A DNA stretch of 64,000 nucleotides from Myxococcota bacterium. Lineage in GTDB: Bacteria > Myxococcota_A > Polyangia > Polyangiales > Houyiibacteriaceae. How positions within the stretch are numbered: position 1 is the first letter of the stretch; each line of letters opens with the position of its first letter. The translations under genes and the position numbers were made by a program. The DNA lies in assembly GCA_039030515.1 (NCBI GenBank), contig JBCCEA010000004.1:93797-157796 (forward strand), written 5' to 3'. The notes below the pieces were generated by a model that was not told where the DNA came from, searched no databases, and saw only the letters and a list, made by a program, of their open reading frames with translations. Below are positions 1 to 8,803 of the stretch, in pieces.

Positions 1-945
1 GATCCAGGTCTCGTTGTCGCTCAGAAGGTCGCCGCAGACTATCCGCGTATCCAGACTCGGTTCGTTCGATCCAATCCCAATTTCGGTCTGAATCCTAAAG
101 TCGCGAACCTCTCCGGTGCGCTAAGCGCAGCCCAGCACGATCTCGTCTTTCAGTCGGACGCCAACGTGCGTATTTCCTCCGGCTACCTTCGTAAGCTCGT
201 CAACGAAATGCGGGCAGCAGAGGCATCCCTTGTCACGAGCCTCATCACGGGGGTGGGTGAACGTTCGGTCGGCGCCGCGATGGAAAACCTCCAGCTCTCT
301 GCCCACATCACCCCCGATCGATGCGCCGCGCTCCACATCGGGGGCGTGCCTTGCGTCGTGGGAAAATCCATGTTGCTGCACGCCGGAGAGCTGCACGAGC
401 TCGGCGGACTCGCATGCGTGCGCAACGTCCTCTGCGAAGACTTCATCTTGGGAGCGCGCTATCGGAATGCCGGCAAACGCGTTTTGCTGAGCGCAACGAT
501 GGCGCAAAACGTCAATCGAGACATCAGCATCCGTCAGTTTCTCTCCCGTCACTCGCGGTGGCTGAAAATGCGGGCGGTCATACACCGAGGCAGCTTTGTG
601 GCAGAACTGCTGAGCAATCCGGTGGCGCTCGCCACAATTGCCCTGCCTTTTTCCGGCGGAAACGCCGCTGCAGGTGGATTTTGGGCCGCGGTGGTATTGG
701 CAAAAATGGTTGGAGACGCCTCACTTTTACGACTCACCCGCGGTAACGGAATGCATCCGTCCTATCTTGTTGTCGTCCCTTTCAAGGATCTACTGATGGC
801 GTTTGTGTGGGTGCACAGTCTCTTTTCTCGTTCGGTACGATGGCGGGGACGAAAACTGCGATTCGGTGCCGGAAGTCGATTGAGAGAGGACGATGGGACC
901 CTGCCTTTGCGGGTACTGCGTCGACTGTTCGGATTCAGGAAGTAG
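1..945 (+). CDS. GT2/GT21 glycosyltransferase (ceramide glucosyltransferase / HpnI-like), 5'-truncated by window edge
   Basis: Frame is open from base 1 (DPGLVVAQKV...). Motifs GLNPKVANL, SDANV, CEDF and RHSRW (QxxRW-like), followed by C-terminal hydrophobic helices and VRWRG. Confidence 0.8.
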   Translation, partial: DPGLVVAQKVAADYPRIQTRFVRSNPNFGLNPKVANLSGALSAAQHDLVFQSDANVRISSGYLRKLVNEMRAAEASLVTSLITGVGERSVGAAMENLQLSAHITPDRCAALHIGGVPCVVGKSMLLHAGELHELGGLACVRNVLCEDFILGARYRNAGKRVLLSATMAQNVNRDISIRQFLSRHSRWLKMRAVIHRGSFVAELLSNPVALATIALPFSGGNAAAGGFWAAVVLAKMVGDASLLRLTRGNGMHPSYLVVVPFKDLLMAFVWVHSLFSRSVRWRGRKLRFGAGSRLREDDGTLPLRVLRRLFGFRK

Positions 946-949
946 TCGA

Positions 950-3718
950 TCAGTGTGCGTCGCCCCAATTGGATCCCGCACCGAGTTCGACGACCAGTGG
1001 AACGCTGAGCTCAATGGCCTGCTCCATCTCCTGACGTACTGAATACTCGACCTGTTTTTGTTCCTGCTTAGGCAGCTCGAACACCAGTTCATCATGAACG
1101 GTAAGCAGCATGCGACAGGAGAGGTTCTCTGCCCTAAGCCTCCGATGCACGCGCACCATCGCGACCTTCATGATGTCTGCCGCGGTGCCTTGAATCGGGG
1201 TGTTCCTGGCGATCCGCTCGGCTGCCGCCCGGAGGTGATGATTGCGGCTCCGAAGGTCCGGCAGCGGACGACGACGTCCCATGAGAGTGGTCACACAGCC
1301 CTGCTCGCGCCCCTCTTCGATGACCCGCTGCATCAAGGTTCGAACCCCCTGATAGCGCTCAAAGAACGCATCGATATACCGCTTGGCCTCGTTTCGAGAG
1401 ATGCCTAGGTTCCTCGCTAGGGCAAACTGAGTTTGTCCGTAGATCACCGCGAAGTTGACGGTTTTGGCTTGGTTTCGCATGTGTCTATCGACTGCAGATT
1501 CGTCGACACCAAAGAGCGCAGACGCCGTGCGTCGATGCACGTCAAGACCCGTGCGATAGGCCTCAACGAGTGCCTCATCCTGAGAAAGATGGGCCAAGAT
1601 GCGCAGTTCGATTTGCGAATAGTCCGCAGCGAGCATGATCCATCCGTCATGCGGGATGAACGCTTCTCGAACGCGCCTGCCTCGCTCAGAGCGGATGGGG
1701 ATGTTCTGCAGATTGGGCTCCACACTGGACAGTCTGCCGGTGCGGGCAACCGACTGCTCATACCTCGTATGAATCCGGCCCGTTCCTTCAGCCACCTGAG
1801 CCGGCAGCGCATCGAGGTAGGTACTCTTCAATTTCGCGAGCGCCCTGTAGTCGAGAATCACTTTCGGTAGCTCATGCACACCAGCGAGCTCCTCGAGCAC
1901 GTCATGATCGGTGGACCGGGCGGTCTTGGTGCGCTTGAGAACAGGGAGCTCGAGCTCGTCAAAGAGGACCGCTTCGAGCTGTCTCGGCGAGCTCACGAGA
2001 AACGAACGACCCGCGAGCTCAAAGCATTTGGCCTCTAGGCGGGCGAGCTCAGCGGTAACCTCCTCTGAGAGTTCGGACAGGAGCGCGACATCGACTCGGA
2101 TGCCGGTTTCTTCCATTTCAGCGAGAACCTCGGCGAGAGGCAACTCCATCTCTTCATAGAGGGGGGCAAGACCGGCGGAGGCGAGTCTTTCGGAGAGCAG
2201 AGCCCCTAGCCGAAAAACGCAGTCCGCTTGGCGCGCGGCGAATTCCCCAACGACCGCGATCTCTAGCGCATCGAGAGGCGTTTTTTTCTTTCCGTGAGCC
2301 GGATGAGACGCAAGCTCCTCTCCGAGCTCAGTTCGCACGACATCCGCGAGCTGCGATCGATGCCGCTCAGGATCGATCAGGTAGCTGAGAAGCATCACGT
2401 CCAGATTCTTTGATAGGAATGAGTCTCCGGCAGAGCCCTTACTTCCGACGGGCAAGCCGAGATCGCGCCAGACCAAGAGATCTCGCTTGAATCCATCGGT
2501 GTATCGAACGAGCTGGGGGTCTTCAAAAACAGGCCGAAGCAGGGAGGCTATCGCCGAGGGTTCCAGCTGCGCAGGCGCGCCGATATATCGATGACCTACC
2601 GGGACGTAACACCCCTCAAAAGGCTGCACGGACAAACCAAATCCAATGATGTGGCTTCGCGATGCCTTCGACTCGCCGTACACGGGAACCAGGGCAATCG
2701 CGCGAGACTCGAAAGCACGAGAGACCAGATCCGCAACCGCCTGCTCACTTGTGAGCAGTTGATAGGCAGTCTCTGTCCGGCCCGCCTGCGCCTCAGCGCT
2801 CGTGTCGTGCGACGCCGAGGGCGATTCTATCTCGATTTGACGCACCAAACGCGAGAACTCCAGCTCGGCAAAAAGCGCTCGCACGCGTTTGGTATCTCCT
2901 CCGGTCCATCGAAGTCGCTCCCGATCGAAGTCGATCGAAAGTTCGTCTCTCAAGGTCACCAAGTCGCGCGACATCAGGGCCTGCTCTCGATGCTGCCTTA
3001 AAGTCTGATTGAGGGCTTTTTGAGGAATCTGGTCCAAAGACGAATAGACACCATCGATATCCTCGAACTGCTGCAGCAGCTTCGCCGCAGTCTTCTGACC
3101 CACCTTAGGCACGCCGGGCACGTTGTCGGAGGTATCCCCCATCAAGGCGAGTAAATCTCGAACCTGATGGGGAGGGACCCCGAGCTTTTGGCGCGTTTCT
3201 TCGGGGCCGTAAACTTTGCTGCGGTCGGTATCGAACATGACTACGTCGTCACCGACCAGCTGCAGCAAGTCCTTGTCGGCGCTGACGATGACCACGCGGA
3301 GACCTTCTTGACGGGCGTGCCGAACCAAGCTGGCGATAAGATCGTCTGCCTCAAATCCCTCTTCTTGATAGATGGGAATCTCGTAGGCGCGAACTACGTC
3401 CTGGATTCGAGAGAGCTGCGCGCTCAGATCCGGAGGCGCCGGAGGCCGATTGGCCTTGTACTCTGCAAAACGTTCTTTACGCGCGCTGCGCCCAGGCGAG
3501 TCCGCTGCGACCGCGAGCAAGGCCGGCTGATACTCACGAATCAACTTCAGGATCATCGTGGCCGCACCCAGCACCGCATGGGTTGGCTCCCCCAAGCTGT
3601 TCGAAAGAGGCGGCAGCTTGTGATAGGCCCGGAACACATAGCCGCTGATATCGAGAATCCACAGCGCTCCGGGATCGTGAACGTCCGGCAACGCTACAGG
3701 CGTCGCTTGAGAAGCCAT
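950..3718 (-). CDS. polA: DNA polymerase I
   Basis: 5'-3' exonuclease motifs (FEADD, SADKDL, GDTSDNVPGV). Polymerase motifs TGRLSS.EPNLQNIP, DYSQIELRILAH, AKTVNFAVIYG, VHDELVFE. Likely start is ATG 3718; the ORF extends to 3790. Confidence 0.97.
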   Translation of the reverse strand: MASQATPVALPDVHDPGALWILDISGYVFRAYHKLPPLSNSLGEPTHAVLGAATMILKLIREYQPALLAVAADSPGRSARKERFAEYKANRPPAPPDLSAQLSRIQDVVRAYEIPIYQEEGFEADDLIASLVRHARQEGLRVVIVSADKDLLQLVGDDVVMFDTDRSKVYGPEETRQKLGVPPHQVRDLLALMGDTSDNVPGVPKVGQKTAAKLLQQFEDIDGVYSSLDQIPQKALNQTLRQHREQALMSRDLVTLRDELSIDFDRERLRWTGGDTKRVRALFAELEFSRLVRQIEIESPSASHDTSAEAQAGRTETAYQLLTSEQAVADLVSRAFESRAIALVPVYGESKASRSHIIGFGLSVQPFEGCYVPVGHRYIGAPAQLEPSAIASLLRPVFEDPQLVRYTDGFKRDLLVWRDLGLPVGSKGSAGDSFLSKNLDVMLLSYLIDPERHRSQLADVVRTELGEELASHPAHGKKKTPLDALEIAVVGEFAARQADCVFRLGALLSERLASAGLAPLYEEMELPLAEVLAEMEETGIRVDVALLSELSEEVTAELARLEAKCFELAGRSFLVSSPRQLEAVLFDELELPVLKRTKTARSTDHDVLEELAGVHELPKVILDYRALAKLKSTYLDALPAQVAEGTGRIHTRYEQSVARTGRLSSVEPNLQNIPIRSERGRRVREAFIPHDGWIMLAADYSQIELRILAHLSQDEALVEAYRTGLDVHRRTASALFGVDESAVDRHMRNQAKTVNFAVIYGQTQFALARNLGISRNEAKRYIDAFFERYQGVRTLMQRVIEEGREQGCVTTLMGRRRPLPDLRSRNHHLRAAAERIARNTPIQGTAADIMKVAMVRVHRRLRAENLSCRMLLTVHDELVFELPKQEQKQVEYSVRQEMEQAIELSVPLVVELGAGSNWGDAH

Positions 3719-3825
3719 TAGGCCGACAACTTCACCCGCATGACCCCGACGGTCAAGTCCCGATGCGACGCATCGACAACGCCTTGCCAATCGAGTGAAG
3801 CGCGTGCTAGCTGAGCTTCCCCTAT

Positions 3826-5427
3826 ATGTTCGAGACCCTCACGAAGGGCTTCCGCACGGCGAAGAATCGTCTCGCCGGACTTACGGAGCTTACCGAAGAG
3901 AACATCGATGCGTCCCTACGCGATGTCCGACTTTCCCTACTCGAAGCAGATGTCGAGTTCGGGGTCACCAAACGTTTCCTAGAGCGCGTCAAGGACAAAG
4001 CCGTCGGGACCACCGTTAAGACTCGGGCGATCACCAAAGGTCGCTCGATCAAAATCGGTCCAACCGAGCAATTCGTCAAGATTTGCGAAGACGAACTTCG
4101 CGCCATGATGGAATCAGAGGGCGACTCGATCGCCTTCGCCAAACATCCTACGCCGACGGGAATCATGATGGTCGGCTTGCAAGGCGCCGGCAAGACGACG
4201 ACTAGCGCGAAGCTGGCCGCCCTACTCGAGCGAGAGTTCGATCGAAAGGCACTGCTTGTTGCGGCCGATATGCAACGCCCCGGCGCGATAGAACAGCTCA
4301 AGGTCCTGGGAGAACAGATCTCCGTGCCGGTGTTCTCTCTACCCGATGCCTCTCCGTTACAGGTGTGTCAGTCAGCGATCGCGCACTGCAAAAGAATAAA
4401 GCGGGATACGATCATCTACGACACTGCCGGACGACTGGCCGTCGACGAGCCGCTGATGGACGAGCTTGCGGAGATTCACCAGAAGATTCGGCCACACAAT
4501 GTGTTTCTCGTGGTTGACGCGATGATCGGGCAGGACTCGGTCAAAACCGCAAAGGTGTTTCACGAGCGGCTTGAACTCTCCGGGGTGGTGCTCACCAAAC
4601 TTGACGGTGACGCGCGTGGGGGTGCAGCGCTCTCGGTGAAGGAAGTCACGGGCGCTCCGGTCAAGTTCGCCGGAACCGGCGAAACCATGGAAAAGCTCGA
4701 GGTATTTCGTCCTGAGGGCATGGCCAGTCGGATTCTCGGTATGGGGGACGTCGTCGGCCTGATGCGAGACTTCGAAGGCGTAGTCGACGAGGCCAAAGCC
4801 GAAGAGGACGCCGCGAGAATGCTCCAAGGCCAGTTCTCTCTGGAAGACTTCCTAGAGCAGATTGAGATGCTCCAAAAGATGGGTCCGCTGAGCGACCTGC
4901 TTGAAAAGATCCCGCTCGTCTCCGACTCCATGCCGGACGGATTCAACCTAGACGAAAGAGAGCTGGTTAAGACCAAAGCGATGGTTCGTTCGATGACCCC
5001 TAGAGAGCGCCGTTCCGTGGAGCTGTTCGGTACCCATCCCTCGCGCGTCACCCGAGTGGCTCGGGGGTCGGGGCGTACCGAACGGGAGGTCGTCGACTTA
5101 CTGAAGCGTTTTGGATTCATGCGTCAAATGATGGGCAACATCGGTCAGCAGGCAGGAGTGCTTTCTAAGGTCCCGGGCATGAAGCAAATGGCGATGGCCA
5201 ACCGACTCCGCGACGTCGTGAAGACCGGTGGCTTAGAAACCAATCCGATGATGGACACCCTCGCCAATCATCTCCTCGAAGCGGCAGTCGCTGGAAACAG
5301 TCCGCTCGGGCTCGGGGCCGGAGGAAGCCAACGCTCCGGCGGGTCTGGAAAAAAGAAGATCGACCGAGATAGACAAAAGAAACTGAAAAAAATTCAAAGA
5401 AAATCGAGACGCAAAGGCCGCAAATAA
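3826..5427 (+). CDS. ffh: Signal recognition particle protein Ffh
   Basis: LLEADV, GLQGAGKTT, DTAGR, TKLDGDARGGAALS, RILGMGD; Met-rich M domain; basic C-terminal tail. Confidence 0.97.
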   Translation: MFETLTKGFRTAKNRLAGLTELTEENIDASLRDVRLSLLEADVEFGVTKRFLERVKDKAVGTTVKTRAITKGRSIKIGPTEQFVKICEDELRAMMESEGDSIAFAKHPTPTGIMMVGLQGAGKTTTSAKLAALLEREFDRKALLVAADMQRPGAIEQLKVLGEQISVPVFSLPDASPLQVCQSAIAHCKRIKRDTIIYDTAGRLAVDEPLMDELAEIHQKIRPHNVFLVVDAMIGQDSVKTAKVFHERLELSGVVLTKLDGDARGGAALSVKEVTGAPVKFAGTGETMEKLEVFRPEGMASRILGMGDVVGLMRDFEGVVDEAKAEEDAARMLQGQFSLEDFLEQIEMLQKMGPLSDLLEKIPLVSDSMPDGFNLDERELVKTKAMVRSMTPRERRSVELFGTHPSRVTRVARGSGRTEREVVDLLKRFGFMRQMMGNIGQQAGVLSKVPGMKQMAMANRLRDVVKTGGLETNPMMDTLANHLLEAAVAGNSPLGLGAGGSQRSGGSGKKKIDRDRQKKLKKIQRKSRRKGRK

Positions 5428-5527
5428 TCGTGATACCGATCTTTACCGCGAAGGGTTCCTAGGTGAGACATCCACTGAACTCCGCAGGAACGCAGTCATC
5501 ACCGACCTGAAGGGAAAAGAGGGCAGC

Positions 5528-6934
5528 ATGAACCGAAAGCTCACCAGCGGTGTGGCGTGTTTGTTGACATTCCTGTCGATTGGATGCGTCGAGAAGTCAA
5601 AAAGTCTCACTGCAGCACAAAGGAGCCGACTTGGCGCGCTACTAAACGACAAGGCGCCAGCGGACATTCAGCAAGCGATCAAAGTGAACTTCGAAGGACG
5701 CGTCGAGCTCTTGGGCTACACGGTGCACCCAAGCCCTTTGACTCCTGGAGCGCGCCTTAAGATCACGTGGCACTGGCACTGCATTCACGCCTTGGAAGAA
5801 GGCTGGAGGTTGTTTACCCACATCGCGGACGCAGACGGAAACGAGCGCCAGAACATCGACGACGTGGGCCCCATCCGTGAGCTTTACCCGCCGAGCCGAT
5901 GGAAAGCGGGAGAGTACATCGACGACACGCAGGAGTTTTCCCTGCCTGCCGACTGGAACTCCACTAGCGCCATCTTCCATGTAGGGCTCTGGAACGGGCC
6001 CCATCGAATGACCATCGAGTCGGGACCCAATGACGGCAGCAATCGCGCGCGCGTCGCCACGATTCCAGTGGAGCGCTCGGCCCAAACGCAGCCCGAACGG
6101 TCCACAAACGGCGCGATTCCTCAGCTGGATTCTCAACGAACCACCACCGCGCCTCAAATCGACGGAAAGATGGACGAGGCACTCTGGAAGCGAGCGCGAT
6201 CCAGTCGGCGTTTCGTCAATACGCGAACCGGCGGTCTCGCGGAGTTCCGAGTCACGGCCAAGACGCTTTGGGACGAGCGCCATTTCTACGTAGGAATTCA
6301 GGTGCAAGACGACTTTATTCAAAGCACCTATCAAAACCTAGACGATCACCTCTGGGAGCAGGATGCGGTCGAAGTGATGATCGACCCGAGCGGTCGGGGT
6401 CACAATTATTTCGAGTTGCAGGTGTCGCCAACCGGAGTGGTCTTCGATACGCGCTACGACTCACGACGCCATCCTCGTCCTTTTGGGCATGTCACATGGC
6501 ACAGCGATGTCGAGGCTGCCGTCGACATCGAAGGCATCGCAAACGACCGGGAAAAAGATCGAGGGTACACGGTAGAGATGGCGATCCCTTGGAGCGCGTT
6601 TCGAGCGGGTTCCCCCCCCTTCGCTCGACCTCAAGCAGGACAGCAGTGGCGAGTTAACTTTTATGTAATGGACGCTCGACCAGAGGGACAACGCGCGGCC
6701 GGCTGGTCTGCACCGATGGTGGGTGATTTTCATAAGCCCGACCGATTTGGCCGCATTCGCTTTGTCGATCGGGCAGAAGAGGCAGGCCCTGCTGCGGGCG
6801 CACGTAAGACCACATCGCTACCGCAACTGAACTCCAACCTGGCAAAACGTCTTGAACGGCCTCATCGCCTGAAAGGGAAGTTGCACGCCGATCGAATCCA
6901 AGAGCGTGGAGCCACGCGCACCGCTGCTCAGTAA
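5528..6934 (+). CDS. Lipoprotein with N-terminal beta-sandwich domain and CBM9-like (DOMON-type) carbohydrate-binding domain
   Basis: Lipobox-like LSIGC. CBM9-like motifs PQIDGKMDE, LWDERHFY, LWEQDAVEVMIDP, YFELQVSP, YTVEMAIPW. Confidence 0.7.
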   Translation: MNRKLTSGVACLLTFLSIGCVEKSKSLTAAQRSRLGALLNDKAPADIQQAIKVNFEGRVELLGYTVHPSPLTPGARLKITWHWHCIHALEEGWRLFTHIADADGNERQNIDDVGPIRELYPPSRWKAGEYIDDTQEFSLPADWNSTSAIFHVGLWNGPHRMTIESGPNDGSNRARVATIPVERSAQTQPERSTNGAIPQLDSQRTTTAPQIDGKMDEALWKRARSSRRFVNTRTGGLAEFRVTAKTLWDERHFYVGIQVQDDFIQSTYQNLDDHLWEQDAVEVMIDPSGRGHNYFELQVSPTGVVFDTRYDSRRHPRPFGHVTWHSDVEAAVDIEGIANDREKDRGYTVEMAIPWSAFRAGSPPFARPQAGQQWRVNFYVMDARPEGQRAAGWSAPMVGDFHKPDRFGRIRFVDRAEEAGPAAGARKTTSLPQLNSNLAKRLERPHRLKGKLHADRIQERGATRTAAQ

Positions 6935-6957
6935 AACGCTCACCGCTGCCCAGTAAA
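6914..6957. repeat. 22-bp tandem duplication of the gene 3' end including the stop codon
   Basis: acgcgcaccgctgctcagtaaa (6914-6935) and acgctcaccgctgcccagtaaa (6936-6957), 2 mismatches. Confidence 0.9.
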
Positions 6958-7019
6958 CCGTGCGGCACGTGCGTTCGCACTCGCAAGCTATGCGGTCTTC
7001 GAGATAGGCTTGGGCGGCG

Positions 7020-8738
7020 ATGACCCAAGAGAGCTTCATGAAGGCGGTCTTCCATGGCGTTCTCGCCGAGGAGCTGGTGCTGCCTTTTCCAGAGATCTCC
7101 TCTGAAGAACGACCGATCCTCGAGGGAGCACTCGATGCGACTCGGAAGTTCCTCCACAACTACGTGGATCCCGTGGCGATCGATCGCGAGCAGCGTCTTT
7201 CTCCGGCGGTGCTCGATGGCATGCGCGAGGCCGGACTCTTTGGGTTGACGATTCCGCCTGCGTTCGGCGGCCTTGGCCTCAGCAACACAGCTTTTGCACA
7301 AGTGATGGAAGAGATCGCTGCAGTGGATGGCTCCGTCGCGGTAACCCTCGCCGCCCACCACAGCATCGGCCTCAAGGGACTGCTGCTTTTTGGAACCGAG
7401 TGGCAGAAACGCCGCTACCTTCCGCGTCTTGCGAGTGGTGAGTTGATCGCCGCGTTTGCTCTTTCAGAACCAGGAGCGGGAAGCGATGCTGCCGGCATCC
7501 ACACCACCGCAGAACTAGCAGAGGATGGCGGAGGTTGGGTTCTCCATGGGAGCAAGGTTTGGGTCACCAACGGGGAGATCGCGGGACTGTTCACCGTGTT
7601 CGCAAGGACAAGACCGACAGAGCAGGAAGGCAAGCCTCGCATTACGGCCTTTTTGGTCGAGCGAAGCCATGGCGTACGACACGGTCCAAACGAAGCCAAG
7701 CTAGGTTTCCGAGGAACGTCAACGACGGCGCTCCAATTTGAACACACGAGAGTACCCGCCGGAAATATGCTTGGTGAGAGAGGCAGAGGCTTCAGGGTGG
7801 CCATGGACGTATTAAACAATGGCCGCCTCAGTCTCGCAGCCGGTGCTGTCGGCAGCTGCAAAAAGCTCATCCGCATGGCCGTCTCCCGCTGCAACGAGCG
7901 AAAAGCGTTTGGCCGTCCTATCGGCGAATTCGGCATGATCAGAGAAAAAATCGCACGGATGATGTGCGAGACATGGGCCCTTGAATCGATGACCTATCTG
8001 ACCACAGGCCTCATCGACGCTGGAGCCTTAGATTTTTCTCTAGAAAGTGCAATCTGCAAAGTGTTCGGGTCTGAGTCGCTCTGGTACGTGGTGAACGAGA
8101 CGCTTCAAATCGCCGCAGGCATCGGCTGCATGGCAGATCATCCCTACGAAAGACACTTACGGGATGCGAGAACAAACCTTGTATTCGAGGGAACCAACGA
8201 AATCTTACGCGCCTTCATTGCACTCGCAGGAATGCAGAGCCCGGGTGCCGACTTAACCGAAGTTGCAAAAGCAATGCGAGAACCCATCAAGGGGTTCGGT
8301 ATTCTAAGTGACTTCGCAGTCAAGCAGGCCAAGCGTTCATTTCGAACCAACCGACTTGAACGAGTACACCCCGCGCTGAAGAGGGAAGCCGTACTTCTGG
8401 AGCAAACAACCAGCGATCTAGCCCGAGAGACCCTTCGAGTTCTTCGCAAACACGGCAAGGAAATCGCTGAAATGCAGTTTGTACAGAAGCGTATTGCAGA
8501 TGTTGCAATCGACATCTACGGACTGACGGCAACCCTTTCAAGAGCAACCCGAGACATCGAACGCAAGGGGGAAGAGGCCGCACGTTCAGAAATCGAACTC
8601 ACCATGGGCTTTGCGTCGATCGCCGAAAGAAGACTGGCCAAGAGACTCGGAGAAATGGAGAGGGAGGAAGATGAACTCTTCAAGACGGTGGCGTCCAAGG
8701 CCTATCAGGAACGTGGATATCGATTTATGATTCGCTAG
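7020..8738 (+). CDS. Acyl-CoA dehydrogenase, long (VLCAD/ACAD9-like) type
   Basis: AFALSEPGAGSDA, LHGSKVWVTNG, KLGFRGTST, RKAFGRPI, FEGTNEILR; 572 aa with C-terminal extension. Confidence 0.93.
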   Translation: MTQESFMKAVFHGVLAEELVLPFPEISSEERPILEGALDATRKFLHNYVDPVAIDREQRLSPAVLDGMREAGLFGLTIPPAFGGLGLSNTAFAQVMEEIAAVDGSVAVTLAAHHSIGLKGLLLFGTEWQKRRYLPRLASGELIAAFALSEPGAGSDAAGIHTTAELAEDGGGWVLHGSKVWVTNGEIAGLFTVFARTRPTEQEGKPRITAFLVERSHGVRHGPNEAKLGFRGTSTTALQFEHTRVPAGNMLGERGRGFRVAMDVLNNGRLSLAAGAVGSCKKLIRMAVSRCNERKAFGRPIGEFGMIREKIARMMCETWALESMTYLTTGLIDAGALDFSLESAICKVFGSESLWYVVNETLQIAAGIGCMADHPYERHLRDARTNLVFEGTNEILRAFIALAGMQSPGADLTEVAKAMREPIKGFGILSDFAVKQAKRSFRTNRLERVHPALKREAVLLEQTTSDLARETLRVLRKHGKEIAEMQFVQKRIADVAIDIYGLTATLSRATRDIERKGEEAARSEIELTMGFASIAERRLAKRLGEMEREEDELFKTVASKAYQERGYRFMIR

Positions 8739-8749
8739 ACCGAACCTGC

Positions 8750-8803
8750 GTTAGTCCTCTGCGTCCAGTTAGTCCTCTGCGTCCAGTTAGTCTTCTATAT
8801 CCA
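8750..8803. repeat. 18-bp unit x3 echoing the 3' end of the HD-GYP gene
   Basis: gttagtcctctgcgtcca x2 (8750-8785), then the gene end gttagtcttctatatcca (8786-8803). On the minus strand the copies read DAED* and the gene end reads DIED*. Confidence 0.9.

Noticed and set aside
5430..5525. Possible SRP RNA (ffs) after ffh (tccgcaggaacgcag)
   Set aside because: Lacks the conserved CAGG...GNRA...AGCAG domain IV arrangement and a long closing stem.
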